A stretch of 62,514 bases of DNA, the filler included. It is 4 parts of 4 records of this genome, joined end to end, with 100 filler letters (N's around TTAATTAATTAA, not from the genome) between each part and the next. Parts side by side here need not be neighbours in the genome. Positions count along the whole stretch, not along the records: positions 1 to 26,558 come from SRR20825019_1189; 3 more parts are not named here. One strand, 5' to 3'. The notes under the pieces are model-generated. The model was not told the DNA's origin. It did not search any database and saw only the letters and a list, made by a program, of their open reading frames with translations. The position numbers and the translations under genes are program-made. Position 1 is the first letter of the stretch, and every line of letters starts with the position of its first letter. Positions 12,190 through 23,900 of this stretch are shown one piece after another.

Positions 12190-13283
12190 ATGGCGACTCA
12201 AGTTCGACCCCTGTTATTTACAATACTGTTGGTTGTTCTTGTCGGCTGTGTATCCTCGCACTCAAGTGATGTTCACAAGCACCATGCCAATAGCGCAGTG
12301 AGTAGTGTTGCGGACTCTTGAGCTTGGGTAACATGTGACTCACATGTTGCATAGAAACACATGTCTGCGGAGCCTAAACGGCTGTGCCCGTTGTGCTCAG
12401 GCATGGAGGGTGTAGAAGAGCACGCTGTAAAGTTTGCATATGGGCAGGAAGTGTGGGCTTGCTCCGACGCTCACAAGAAAGCACTCTTGAGTTCTGACGC
12501 CTCCAAATATGTTAAGAATTTCAAGGGAGCGGTACGTCCATGTGTTTTTGATCTTTGAGCTGTATTGAGACCTTGCAGAGGGAAGCTGCGCCATCGGATG
12601 CGAAGTGCCCACTATGTGGCATGGACGCGCCGAAGATGCTTCCAGTTGAATATAAGGAGGGGCAAAAAGTGTATACCTGTCAAGAAGAGCATCAGGAAGC
12701 ATTGGCCAAAGACCCATATCTGTACCTGGACAGGGGCAGCAACCCTCCCATGTCTATGGTGAGTGACGCCGTCACGACACGTTGTTGTGAAGTGAGCCAC
12801 TGACCGGTTGTTGCGTAGATGATGCAGATGTACTTTGAGAACACAATCAACGCCTATGTCCTTTTTAAGTCGTGGTACACTGATTCCTATTTCACTTATT
12901 TTGTGGCCTTGATAGGGACATTCTTGGGAGGGCTTTTTCACCAAGGATTGGTTCGATTCCGGTTTTTGATCAAGAATCCGCGCAGATCAAGCCCCAGCTA
13001 TCAACGGATGGAAGGTCGGGCACGGGGCCTTGATTTCTTTGCACACTCCCTTGGCATGCACTTTGTGCGTACAATTGTATATGGACTCACCACCACTCTG
13101 TCATACTTGCTCATGTTAATTGCAATGACATTTAATACTGGGTTGTTCATGGCCGTGATACTTGGTCTATCTCTTGGATTCTTCTTGTTTAGCACGGAAG
13201 GGACGCCTGGTGCAGAAGAGGATAAGTTTGGGTGCTGTGAAGGGTCTGGAGGCTTTTCCAAGGGCTCTGAAAATCATGTCTAA
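12190..13283 (+). CDS. Ctr-family copper transporter with signal peptide and two YHS/TRASH-like metal-binding repeats (spliced)
   Basis: Introns 12298-12354, 12532-12578 and 12759-12818 keep frame. Met-rich MSMMMQMYF, TM2 MLIAM (MxxxM), GLSLG in TM3; repeats CPLCSGM...ACSDAH and CPLCGM...TCQEEH. Confidence 0.88.
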
Positions 13284-13525
13284 TATCTCCCAAGAAACGG
13301 AAAGCACTATTTATATCGGATGAATAGTTGTGTTGCGATCTGAGCTCTAAGTGAGATTGTTGCCTTTGTATGGGAATAAACTCGCAGAGCATGCTCACAA
13401 CATACTGATATTCAGGTGTGTTCGGTCACTTTATTTTTTTTGAATAGAAGTACACGACTGGTCGATCAGGCGAAGCGAGCCAAGAGTGGCAGGCAAATGC
13501 AGGTTACATCCGTTCAATCCAATAT

Positions 13526-14836
13526 TCAGAAAAGAATGGCATCGTCAAAGCTGGGAAAACTGTTGTGAAATGAGAAGGCGAGAGACAAGGAGTTGTTCCT
13601 CTTGCCATCTCTGCAAGTCGCCAGCATGTGGGTTGGGAAGTCAATATCGAAGCCAGTAGCGCCACGTGCGAGGCTGCTCATCATCTGAACAAGACCAGCA
13701 TTAACTCCCGGATCGGCCAAGATGCTATCTTCTTTGACAATGTTGTTCCTCTCTGTCGAGATCTCATTCTCGGGATATGGGAGAGTAGAACGAGTGGAGG
13801 AAGATCCTTCACGATCAGGCTCAACAAACGCAGCGGGCTGCTCAAGCTCCGGACGGAAAAGATCAGCAGGAAGGCGGAGAACGTTGCTTTCGCTAGTCCA
13901 TTGGCGGGGAATCGGGGCATACCTTGCGACGTCCTCATTGACTGCACTCTCGTTTTCACTTCGGCATCTCTTTCCTAAGACGGATTCTGTCAACAATTCT
14001 TCATCACAAGGGGGCATTTCAAGAAGAGTATCGACAGGAGGAGATTCCAAAACGTTTTCGAAAGGAATCTGAACATCAGACTCGCATGATAGACTTTCAT
14101 CATTTTCATCCACATCTTCGACATCCAAATCTTCCACAATATCTTTGGACTCACGAAGCTCTTTCAAGTACTTGGTAGCGTGCTTCAAGGTTGGCTGGGA
14201 GATGGCACAGGCTTGTGCGACGTCCTTGGCACAGATTTGACCATTATACTTCTCCATAAATAAGGCAGCACAGAGACCTTCGCACTTCATTCCTTTCTTC
14301 ATAAAGTCGTCAAAGTAGTCCATGGAAGAAGAGAAGAGCTCATGGCCATCGCTGCAGTTATAGGTGGCAAATCTTGAAAGCGATTCTTTCATCTTTGTGT
14401 TCTTCACTGTCTTCTTAAGGCTGTTTTTGAGCCGAGCGTAGCAGTTTTCGAAGGTGTTTTGGATAACCCTGGACTTATACTGGGGCGCAAGAGAGGTGAT
14501 CAGCTTGACGTATACGACTAGTGAATTGGGGTTTAGCTGAAGACTCTCCCTGATCTTTGCATTAATAGAGTTCTTGAACTCTACAGAGAACATTTCGGAC
14601 TGGACAATTATCACAGCCGCAGCCACCTTGTTCTTGTAGCGCATATTCGGCCTCTTGCTGTCACGCTTCAATATTTCTTCATAAAAGTATCTTTCCACCA
14701 GCTTGCTGCAGCCTTCATTGAAGTTGTAGTACTCGGCAGTAGAAGAGAAGTCGGCAGGGGAATACACTTGCTTAAGAGCATATTCTAGTTCATCCTTAGC
14801 GGCGACAAGAACTGGGCTGTTGAATCGAGAGTTCAT
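13526..14836 (-). CDS. Intronless hypothetical protein with two TFIIB/cyclin-like helical repeats and acidic tail
   Basis: Long ORF, likely start ATG 14836 (MNSRF). Segments KVAAAVIIV and LCAALFM...AKDVAQACAISQPTLKHATKYL resemble TFIIB cyclin repeats. Confidence 0.5.
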   Translation of the reverse strand: MNSRFNSPVLVAAKDELEYALKQVYSPADFSSTAEYYNFNEGCSKLVERYFYEEILKRDSKRPNMRYKNKVAAAVIIVQSEMFSVEFKNSINAKIRESLQLNPNSLVVYVKLITSLAPQYKSRVIQNTFENCYARLKNSLKKTVKNTKMKESLSRFATYNCSDGHELFSSSMDYFDDFMKKGMKCEGLCAALFMEKYNGQICAKDVAQACAISQPTLKHATKYLKELRESKDIVEDLDVEDVDENDESLSCESDVQIPFENVLESPPVDTLLEMPPCDEELLTESVLGKRCRSENESAVNEDVARYAPIPRQWTSESNVLRLPADLFRPELEQPAAFVEPDREGSSSTRSTLPYPENEISTERNNIVKEDSILADPGVNAGLVQMMSSLARGATGFDIDFPTHMLATCRDGKRNNSLSLAFSFHNSFPSFDDAILF

Positions 14837-15796
14837 ACTTTCTTGGGTTGTTGATGCTTTAACTGTCACCACAAGAAAATATTTATAACGAGAAGGATTG
14901 GAGAAGGGGGAGGGAGGGGAGGGAGGGGAGGAAGAGAAAGAGAGGAGGAGGTGAGGATTGGCGTGGGGGCTGCGGTAGCTTGATTCACAGACCGGCACAG
15001 GTAGTGAAATCGCGCGGGTGCCAGTCATCCTTGCATTGAGGCTGTGAAATTGGGTTGAGTGCGCTCCGATGTCCATGGGAAAAATGATCACAAGTTAACT
15101 TTATGGAAAGACCATAAGGTTGTAACCATCTATACTATAAAATGTATTGCAATATGTGGTTATGGGGTAATTAGTAAATTTTCAATGAATTCGACTGAAG
15201 CCTAGTTTTGGGGATCCCCATCACTCCACAACTTTTGCTGGAAAAACTGTTCTTCTTTCTGGAATCAATGGCCATATAACTGGTAAATTATTATTAAATT
15301 TTGTTAATGTTAACCGGACATATTACTTTTCCCAAGGAGTAGTATCCAACAAATATCCGATATATAATAGTAATTGACATAGATGTTTATCGATTGGAAT
15401 GGCCACATCGCTTCGTAAAGAAATCCGGTCATAATGAGAACAAATAATTAAGCGGAATTGTACGGGTGACTCTCATGAGCAACTTCACAAAAATTTCGCC
15501 CACGCAACCCGGCGGCCGGGTCCGGGCGGGTGACGCCCGGGCCCTGACCTTGGCGGTCCCCGGCCGGCGCCGGCCTCGCCCGCGGGCGCCCCGGCGCCCG
15601 GCCGGGGCCAGGGCCGGCCCGACTCAGCCTGTCGTGAGCTGCCCGCCGCCGTCACGCTGTGAACGCCCCCCGATCTTGGAACGGGCGGCTGACGGAAAAA
15701 GGGTGGCTGGCCCGCTTAAAGGAGGCGAAAATCCCGGCTGGACCCCAGCTTTCTTATATAGTATGTGCAGTCGTTTTGAGCCACCTGCCGGCGAGG

Positions 15797-16714
15797 ATGC
15801 GGTTAGCAATTCTACTAGTTATAACCTACATATCTCTTGCATCATGTGGTTTCACTGCCGACAGTGAGCGTGAAGCTGCTAGGGAATATTTGTCTAAGTA
15901 TAAACCAGATATTGACAAAACTCTGTCCGAGGATTACATAGAAACGAATATTGATTTGGCTTTGAAAGCACGGTCTCTTTTCCCGTATGCCAAGACAGTT
16001 CCTTTTGATATATTTTTGAATGATGTGTTGCCGTATTCTGTCGTGGATGAAAGAAGAGATCCGTGGAGGCAGTTGTTTTTTGATAAGTTTTCTCCCATTG
16101 TCAAAGATGCCAAAACTACTGCTGAAGCGGCTTTGTTGTTGAATGAGAAGATATGGTCAAACTGGAATATTGTATTCAAGTCTGACCAGACGCCCCAGAT
16201 TATGTCTCCCTTTCAAGTGATTGATGCACATCATGCTAGTTGCACAGGGTTGTCAATTTTCTTAGTGAATGCGTGCCGTAGCGTTGGTATCCCCGCCCGT
16301 ATGGTGGGTACACCCTTGTGGAATACGAAAACGGGAGGTAATCACGACTGGGTGGAGGTCTTGACGGATCCTTCTACAAGCGAATGGTCGTTTACAGGTA
16401 TGCACTGATTGATGATAGGTTCATGCATGATTTAATGGTACCTGCTCTGAAAGGTCCAACTGAGTACAATGGCCATTATAACCAAACCTGGTTTTTCCCC
16501 AGTCCCGCCAAGTCCGCCATTCCGGGTTATGAGCATGGTATTTTTGCGACTTCCTACGGTCCGACGGAGGCCAAAACATATTTTCCAATGTCTTGGGCTA
16601 CATCAGGTATTGGATTTCCGATGAAAGACTAGGGCTTTGATATTTACTGTTAGTGCAGAAACCTGGGTCCCTGGTGAAGATGTCACTACGAGATATCTTT
16701 ACACATCTTCATAG
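15797..16714 (+). CDS. Secreted transglutaminase-like (papain-fold Cys-His) protein (spliced)
   Basis: Signal peptide MRLAILLVITYISLASC; motifs ASCTGLSIFLVNACRSVGIPAR and NHDWVEV. Introns 16398-16453 and 16607-16658 give the end VPGEDVTTRYLYTSS*. Confidence 0.82.
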
Positions 16715-17078
16715 GTTGACTTGTAAATCAATTGAAATATGAATTATCAATCAGTACTATACTCAATTCAAATGGTGGGGCCACGACTCATGAGTCGGGG
16801 CCACGGCACCTGCCACGGCGGCCCGCCGGCGTGCCGGTGCCGCTAGGCGATGTTTGGGTAAATCGCCCGAGTCTCGACCGGCCCCTCCTCGGTGTCTCTA
16901 GTTTAGCCTCTGGGCGGTACGCCGGACATGTCTCATGTCGTCCACTGCAAGGCCACCTCAGCATATTCCGTTTATAATCAGGTCGCGTGCAATACCCCCG
17001 ATGAAAGGTGTTCAGATACCCCGTCGGTTTCATGGCGTGTTAGTGTTGGACTACGTCTGTATGCCTGTTAAAACAGTT

Positions 17079-19520
17079 ATGGCTCCGTCTGCCGATGCTG
17101 GCCTAGAGGGGCCAATCAACGCCACTCCTAGTAAGTCTGTGCCTCCTGAGCCCTCGACTTCGGTGACAGAGCCAGAAATTTCACAAAATCAGGGTAGGGA
17201 AGACGATGAAGGTAAACCTCAGCGTCGACTCTCCGTACTGGATAAGCGTAGAGCCGAGAATAAGGCTAAACGGCAAGTGTCGGGACGCGGATACTCCTTT
17301 GACTCATATTCCGTTCTTGCTGGAGGAGTGCCCCCTGGTGAGCCTTTGCGCTCGAGAAATTATTTGCCTCCAGAGCCCCTTCCAGGCCACGCAGGAGGTC
17401 TCGCAAAGGTTGCTTCCCGGAAGGATTCAGATGCGTCGAGTCTGTTCAGGAGGGGTTTAGAGGCTGCCATGCCTGAAGACGAGAGTCTTGCGGAGCTCAG
17501 AGTGATGCAGCCGGAGTTATACGAGAACATAATGAAATTTCGAGGCTCTGGTGCAGTGGCGAGTGTGCAAACGGCGAGAAGGGGTGCTTCGGACAAGATG
17601 GAACAGGATGGCGACAGGCGTGCCTCGGGTGCGCGGGATCCACGAATATTCGAGTGGACGGATGACGACTCGGATTTCGAGGAGAAGCTCGAGAAAGACC
17701 TTGTAAAGAGTGTGGCGAAATCAGTGCGGGCACAGTCTCGCCATGGTGATGCGCCTCCTCAGTATGAACGAAGTTTGAGTCTTCAACTCTTGAAGAGTAA
17801 GATGGGCACAGGGCGGCCCAAGACTGCAGGTCCAACTTGCAGTGACAGAGTGACGAGGGCAGGCAACGAGAAGAAGGAGAATTACAGCGGGCAAGAGGCA
17901 AAGGTGGAAAGGAATGCGCATGGTTCTCGCGTCTCAAAGAATCCTGGAAGGCAAGTATCAGGAGTGATAGATCCCTCCAGGGAGTGCGCATCTTGTGGCC
18001 ACCGCCTTCCACGCTCGCAGCCCACTTACCGTGACAAGAGCCCTGAAGGTCACAGCGTCGCCAGGCAGTTGTGTAGGTATTGCCGACCCAAGCCTGTTAA
18101 GAATGACGCAGAGGGGCCGAGGCTTTTAGAAGGAATTACGCACGAAGGGGCGAAGCTCTTCGGTATTATTGATTCCGGAAAGAAATCAAACGCAAGCACC
18201 AGCCAGAGTCGTGGCCGGCCGAAAACTGCGGGGGCCCCGCACAAGGTGAAACCACCATTGGTACCGTCGCGAGTAGGAGATTTAATGCTGGAAGGCCAGC
18301 CACTCAGGGTCGACCACAGGGGTGGCGGAGAGGAGCATAATGCAGTGGAGTTGGGAGAAGCCATCGAGGCGGTGGACCCCCCGGTCGACGGGAAAGCAGA
18401 AGCGACTGATGAATCCTGCTTAAAGAAGCGGGAGCAATGTGAAAAAGAATTGAATGGTCTGGTCAGTCAGGATGGGTTGGTTAAGCCCCCATTGCTCAAC
18501 GAAAGGTTGGACACAGATGTTACTGATAAACTCAGTGTGAGAAGTGACGGAAAGGCATATTCCGACACTACTGATCCCGCGACGGGTTTCAGGGCAGCAA
18601 CGACACCGGCGGAGGTTCAGGCCAGCCGTCATCTGGGGTGGGCCACACAGTTACTTCGTCATGGGAATGCCAGTCATGCTCTGGAAGAGCTCACCAAGTG
18701 CATCATTACTGGTGGGTACCAATGGCAAGAACCATATTTGTTACGTGCGGGAATCTACAGGTCTCAGGGCAAACTGAAGGAGGCCATTAATGATTTGGAA
18801 AGAGCGACTATCATAGACCCATACCATTTTGATGCACATCAGCAGCTGGGGCTGTGCTTACGTGAGGCTGGGCGGCCTGCCGATGCTCTAGCTCAGTTCA
18901 GTGCTTGCCAACGGATCGCAGTACAGCGAAAAGCTTCAAACAACGGCCCTGCATCGTTGCCTGTAATAGTACATGTCGAGATGGGCCATGCGGCAGCGGA
19001 GACAGGGAACCATGAGCGTGCTATCTCTTGTTATACAGCTGCCATCTTGCGAGATAGGTCAAATGGGCAGGTTATCCTTTCCAGGGCAAAATCCAAGGAG
19101 ATTCTTGGCGATGAGCGCGGAGCTATCGAAGACTATCATATGGCATTTGAGGAGGATCCAGATCTACACAAGTCGTTTGTGGGTCGAGCACTGAAGGCTG
19201 AGGCTGATGGAAAGGAGGACGAAGCACTAGCCATATACCGGGAACTCCTTTTCATACTCAAAAAATCGGAACAAATTCATCAACTCTCCCACCCTAGAGC
19301 TCGTGATGAAGATGCAACAATGAAAGGCGTCTCTCAGGCCACTAGCGACGTATACGAGGGTGAAAGTGGCTTGCCAGGGTCGGGAGGTCCGCCAGATGTG
19401 CCTGCTCGCGACAATATGGCACAGATCAGTGTATCTTCCAAGCAGGAAGGGGATTTGTCTGGTCAAAAGCCGCCTCAGGACTCAGATGATCCAGATAGGT
19501 TGCCCCGTCTAACAACATAG
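17079..19520 (+). CDS. TPR-containing protein with long disordered N-terminus
   Basis: Long ORF, first ATG after the GC island judged most likely. TPRs YLLRAGIYRSQGKLKEAINDL, AHQQLGLCL, EMGHAAAETGNHERAISCY; CxxC...CxxC pair (CASC/CRYC). Confidence 0.75.
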   Translation: MAPSADAGLEGPINATPSKSVPPEPSTSVTEPEISQNQGREDDEGKPQRRLSVLDKRRAENKAKRQVSGRGYSFDSYSVLAGGVPPGEPLRSRNYLPPEPLPGHAGGLAKVASRKDSDASSLFRRGLEAAMPEDESLAELRVMQPELYENIMKFRGSGAVASVQTARRGASDKMEQDGDRRASGARDPRIFEWTDDDSDFEEKLEKDLVKSVAKSVRAQSRHGDAPPQYERSLSLQLLKSKMGTGRPKTAGPTCSDRVTRAGNEKKENYSGQEAKVERNAHGSRVSKNPGRQVSGVIDPSRECASCGHRLPRSQPTYRDKSPEGHSVARQLCRYCRPKPVKNDAEGPRLLEGITHEGAKLFGIIDSGKKSNASTSQSRGRPKTAGAPHKVKPPLVPSRVGDLMLEGQPLRVDHRGGGEEHNAVELGEAIEAVDPPVDGKAEATDESCLKKREQCEKELNGLVSQDGLVKPPLLNERLDTDVTDKLSVRSDGKAYSDTTDPATGFRAATTPAEVQASRHLGWATQLLRHGNASHALEELTKCIITGGYQWQEPYLLRAGIYRSQGKLKEAINDLERATIIDPYHFDAHQQLGLCLREAGRPADALAQFSACQRIAVQRKASNNGPASLPVIVHVEMGHAAAETGNHERAISCYTAAILRDRSNGQVILSRAKSKEILGDERGAIEDYHMAFEEDPDLHKSFVGRALKAEADGKEDEALAIYRELLFILKKSEQIHQLSHPRARDEDATMKGVSQATSDVYEGESGLPGSGGPPDVPARDNMAQISVSSKQEGDLSGQKPPQDSDDPDRLPRLTT

Positions 19521-19873
19521 AATCCACGTTCTCTATATTTAGATGCTATGATGCTGAAAGTCACTGACTGCCATCATTGGCGAGTTGAGGTGCCGCCGGT
19601 CGGAGCGGCCCGCCACGGGCGGCCCCGGGCCAGCGACCCCGTGTCACTGACGGCACTGCCAGTGCCAGCCGGCCTGACCCCGCGGTCAGCACCGGGCCCC
19701 GGGACTCCGAGTGACCGGACCGGCCGGCCCCGGCCCCGGCCCTGAACGGTCCTGCCGCCGCGGCGTGAGCTCCGGCCGTAGCCAGACCTTTCCGCGTGCC
19801 AACCCTTGGCGATATATGAGGAGTAAATGTGATCACCTGATACTGTCTTGCAGTGGTTGTTGGACTGGCTTGA

Positions 19874-20843
19874 ATGAGCTCAATAATAGGAGGAGCAGTG
19901 TCAGTGGTGTATGCCTTCGACACGGCGAGCTCTGCTCGCGGGGACAGCCAGATTCAGGTGGGTGTTTATCAACCCCAGGCCCGGTGACTCTTCGGGCAAC
20001 TGACTAAGTTCTGCTATTGCCAGTCTCTTGTTTTGATATACACTCTATGGGCCTGTTCTGGCGGCACACTATTGGCGACGTTCCTCTGTGGCGATTGGTT
20101 ATTGGAGGAAACCATCCTAGATCTTTTTTTTATGTTTGTCATGAATGTCCTGTACTTGCTGGTAGGGTTTGGACTCGCAATATTTGATAGCCCCATCAAG
20201 GCGGTGTACCAAGCGAACCGCAACGTTCAGGTTACCTGAATGCCCCTTCTCTCCCAACCTGCACGACTGACTCCTCGCCAGGCAGGAACTCTCATTGTGT
20301 CTCTATGGGCTTGGTCCAACTCGATTGCCAGCACATGCAGCCAGGGGAGAGAGTGTCCACGGTGCACAGGGTTCATCTCATTGTCAGTGGCGCGTGCCAT
20401 CGCAGGTAGGCGCATGCTTGGGTTGCTCCGGCTGGGTCTGACTGAACTTAGGCAGTGGCGTTATTGTTCCTTTTGTGTTGTTTCTGTTCGTGAACAAAGG
20501 AAAGACCTCCGTTCTCAAGGGCACAGCGCAGTGGCGAAGAGTCCTTGTATTATCTCTGGCAGCGGGTGTAGCCCATGAAGCAGCGGCGGCGTTACCCTGG
20601 ATAGGAGGGGAATGGGGACGGGTGATCATTGCCTTTCTTTCGTTGGTAGGACTACAGATGTATGTGAATATGCACGAAGGCCAAGTCAACTCTTGGTATA
20701 TGTCAAGAGTTAGGCCATGGGAGGAGAGAATAGTACGTTCAGCTCTAGGAAAAACAGTGGAGGAGGGCGTAGAGCGGGTGCGCACTCCGTCAGTGACGTC
20801 CACACTAAGTTTCTTGGAGGATGGGAGTCTCAAGGCCGTGTGA
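19874..20843 (+). CDS. Multi-pass membrane protein of unknown function (spliced)
   Basis: Introns 19958-20023, 20231-20281 and 20406-20451 join ORFs 20033/20240/20475 in frame; several hydrophobic segments. Start codon uncertain. Confidence 0.6.
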
Positions 20844-20900
20844 AACATGTCAGGTGCATCAATTTGGTTTAAGGCAGGGACTCTTGTGACAAGAGTATGA

Positions 20901-23900
20901 CTATGACTGGCTGAAGTAGGCCGATCCCAAGGCTGCACGAGCGGCAGCTGAAATATTAGGATCGTACCGATGCCCACCCTGGTGCTCCAAAACTACGGGT
21001 TTGTCTCCACCGAAGGCATACTTGGAAAGAAGGTAGTTGATTTGCGACAAGTCGTCCGTTCGGCCGGCGTCTCCGCCTAGAGGCGCCAGTGACGCCTCAT
21101 GGGCTTGAGTCTTGGATTGAATGAAGTCCCGCATCAGGTCAGCGGTGGTGCCAGCATTGGCACATTCGTCGACCTCTGCTTGTATCGAGCTGACCTCGCG
21201 GTGCTGCTCCTCCACAAATCTTTTGATAGTGGTTTCGACGTTGCTTGTGATATTGTTGGCCTGGCTCTGCAGAACACCGATCATGTGCTTAGAGTCCTCA
21301 TCAGCTGCCTTGATTTGGGCGTTCAGTCGGACGACATCCGCTTGCGCCTCGTCTAGCTGGCAGCGAGTGCTTTCCAGCTGCTCCAAACACACGAGTCTCT
21401 CTTGGTCAACCCGCGCGGTGCTCTCTTCGCACACTTGGACCTTCAGGTGGCACTGTCGCTACCGTCACAACCAGCCCGGGTCCAAATAAAGGAGGAACTT
21501 ACGTGATTTAAATCTCCTTTCAAGGCGTCGGCTTCCCTTATCAAAGTGTCCCTCTCCTGTTGCTGCAATTTCTCCTGTTCAGCGGCAACTTCATGCAGCC
21601 GTGACACCTCCTTCTCGAGGGCGCGAATCTCATCCTCACGCTGGTTCACATCCTCTCGTAGCCCAGACACAACTTCTCGTTGTTCATCCAAGTCCATCTT
21701 AGCTTTGGAGAGCTCTGTACTCAAGGCTACTTTTTCGTCTGTCCATGATGACACACGCTCGTCAGGCAAGCGTTGTTATAGCTGTGAGGAGTCGCTACTC
21801 ACCTTGGCTTTCATCTATGTCTTGTTTCAGAGAATTGATCTCTCCTTCCAGATCCCGGATCTCACTCAGTGCCCGCTCAGCATTCTGATACCTAGTTCGT
21901 GCCTTTGAAAGTTCATGACTGGCTTCTTCTAGAAGAGAGGAGGATGTCTTTGCCTCCTCGAGCTTCGCTTCAAGGTTGTCTGCCCGGGAACGCTCCCTTT
22001 CAAACTCATCCTTTAGTCGCTGAGCAATAGATGCCAATTCATCAGCTTTCTCCCTGGAGACCTCCAGCTTCTTCTTGTAATCCATGCACATCTCTGATAT
22101 GAATGTGAGTACATACCAAGCCTTAAATTGACGATTCTCTCACCTGAAAGCTCTTTTTCCATTCTTAACACAGTATCTTTTTCATGCTCTCGTGCCGACT
22201 TGACCGCCCGCTCAAGATCTCGAATTTTGTCGTTAAGTTCCTCCACATTCAATTTAGCAGCCCGTTTTAACTCGTCCGCCTTAATCTCCCATTCTCTATT
22301 CACCCGCAGCAGATCTCCTTCAGCACGCTCCCTATACTTGTTTTCATACTTCTCGCGCATCGACAAAATCTGATCCTCCATCTCCTTGTTAGAACTTCGT
22401 AGGCGTGTCATTTCACGCTCACGAGCCGCCTCCACTGCTTGCCACTCGTCTTCCATTTTCCTTATGGATTCTGCAAACTCTTTCTCTCTCTCTCCCAAAT
22501 CCATCTTACCGCGTTCGATCGTAGCCTCAACTTCATGTTTGAGGCGATCTGTTGCCCGAGCAAGTTCCTCTACAAGCCGGTCCTTCTCAGTTTCGAGCTC
22601 TTGGATTTTTTCTCTGGAGCTCGAGGCCATTTGCTTCCACTTTGCCATCGACACTTGCAACTCCAAAATTCTCCTTTCCGCCTCCTCCAATCGCACCTCA
22701 CCCATCTTCTGCGACTCCTGCAGCAGTGTTTCCCCTTGGGCGGAGCGCTCCCTCATTTCAGCAGCAAGTTTGTTGCACCGGTCCTTGACTATGGACACTC
22801 GGCCCTTTTCGGTGGCCAGTCGGCTCTCCAATGCATTCAGATTCTTCTCATGTGCAGCCCGAGCGCTCTCCATCTCCTTTTCGCACCGTTCCATTTCACG
22901 TTGGAAATGGTCAAAGGCACGGCCAATCTCCTCTCTCGATTCCGTGCGGAGTAATTCTATCTCAGAGACGGCCTTCCTCCGCTCTTTGGCAACTGCCTCG
23001 TCTACTTGTCGGGACATCTCAAGTTTCAGCTCACGGCGCTGCTTTCCGTATTCTTCTTCCAGCTCCATCACAGCTGCCTTGTGAGCTCTTTCCATATGAG
23101 CGACTCCTTCCTGGTGCTCGCGAGCAACATCTTCTGATTCCTTCATCGCATGCCGCTGCGCTTTATCAAAGCGGTCCTGCCAGTCTCTTGATCCTTCTTC
23201 ACGCATGGCCCTTTCATTTCTGAGCTGCTCCTGGAGCTTCTGACGATCTTGATCAAGGACACTAATTTCACGCTCCAACCTGGCCACCCGCTCCCGCTCC
23301 GACTGGGCGGATGATGTGATGGACTCCTGCTTGTTGTGCACTTTGGCGAGATCCGCTTTAAGGCGAGAAATCTCGTCACTTGTCGCCGTGATCACCCGCT
23401 CTTTCTCACCCTGAACGCTTTCTGCTTTTGCCCTCAAGGTTTGAATCGTCTTATCTGCCCTCTCCAGGGCATTCTGCGTATCCGACAATTTATCTTCGAG
23501 ACTAGAGCGTGACTGTGTCATTTTGGCAACCTCACTTTTCAAATTGTGGAGAGATGCTTGGGATTCAACTTCGGCTTTGTGGAACCGTAGCTTCTCTGTC
23601 TCCAGCTGTCCTTCGATGTCCGTCATTTTACGTCGCAAGGTGGTCACTTCTCCAGCGTGGCGCTCCTCCAAGGATTGAAGAGTCTTCACTGAAGCGCGGA
23701 GTTCCGCTCTCTCGGCGGTGAGCTTGACATTTTCCTTTTCCATGGCTTGAACTTTGGCCTCGAGGGAACTTATGCGCTTCTGGCTTTCCTCCTTCAGGTT
23801 CGACATCGCATCAAGGTGCGAAGATTTTTCCCCAGATAACGATGCTTCCACCTTTCTAATTTCCGACAGATTAGACATCCTCAGCGACTCGAGCTCCCGT

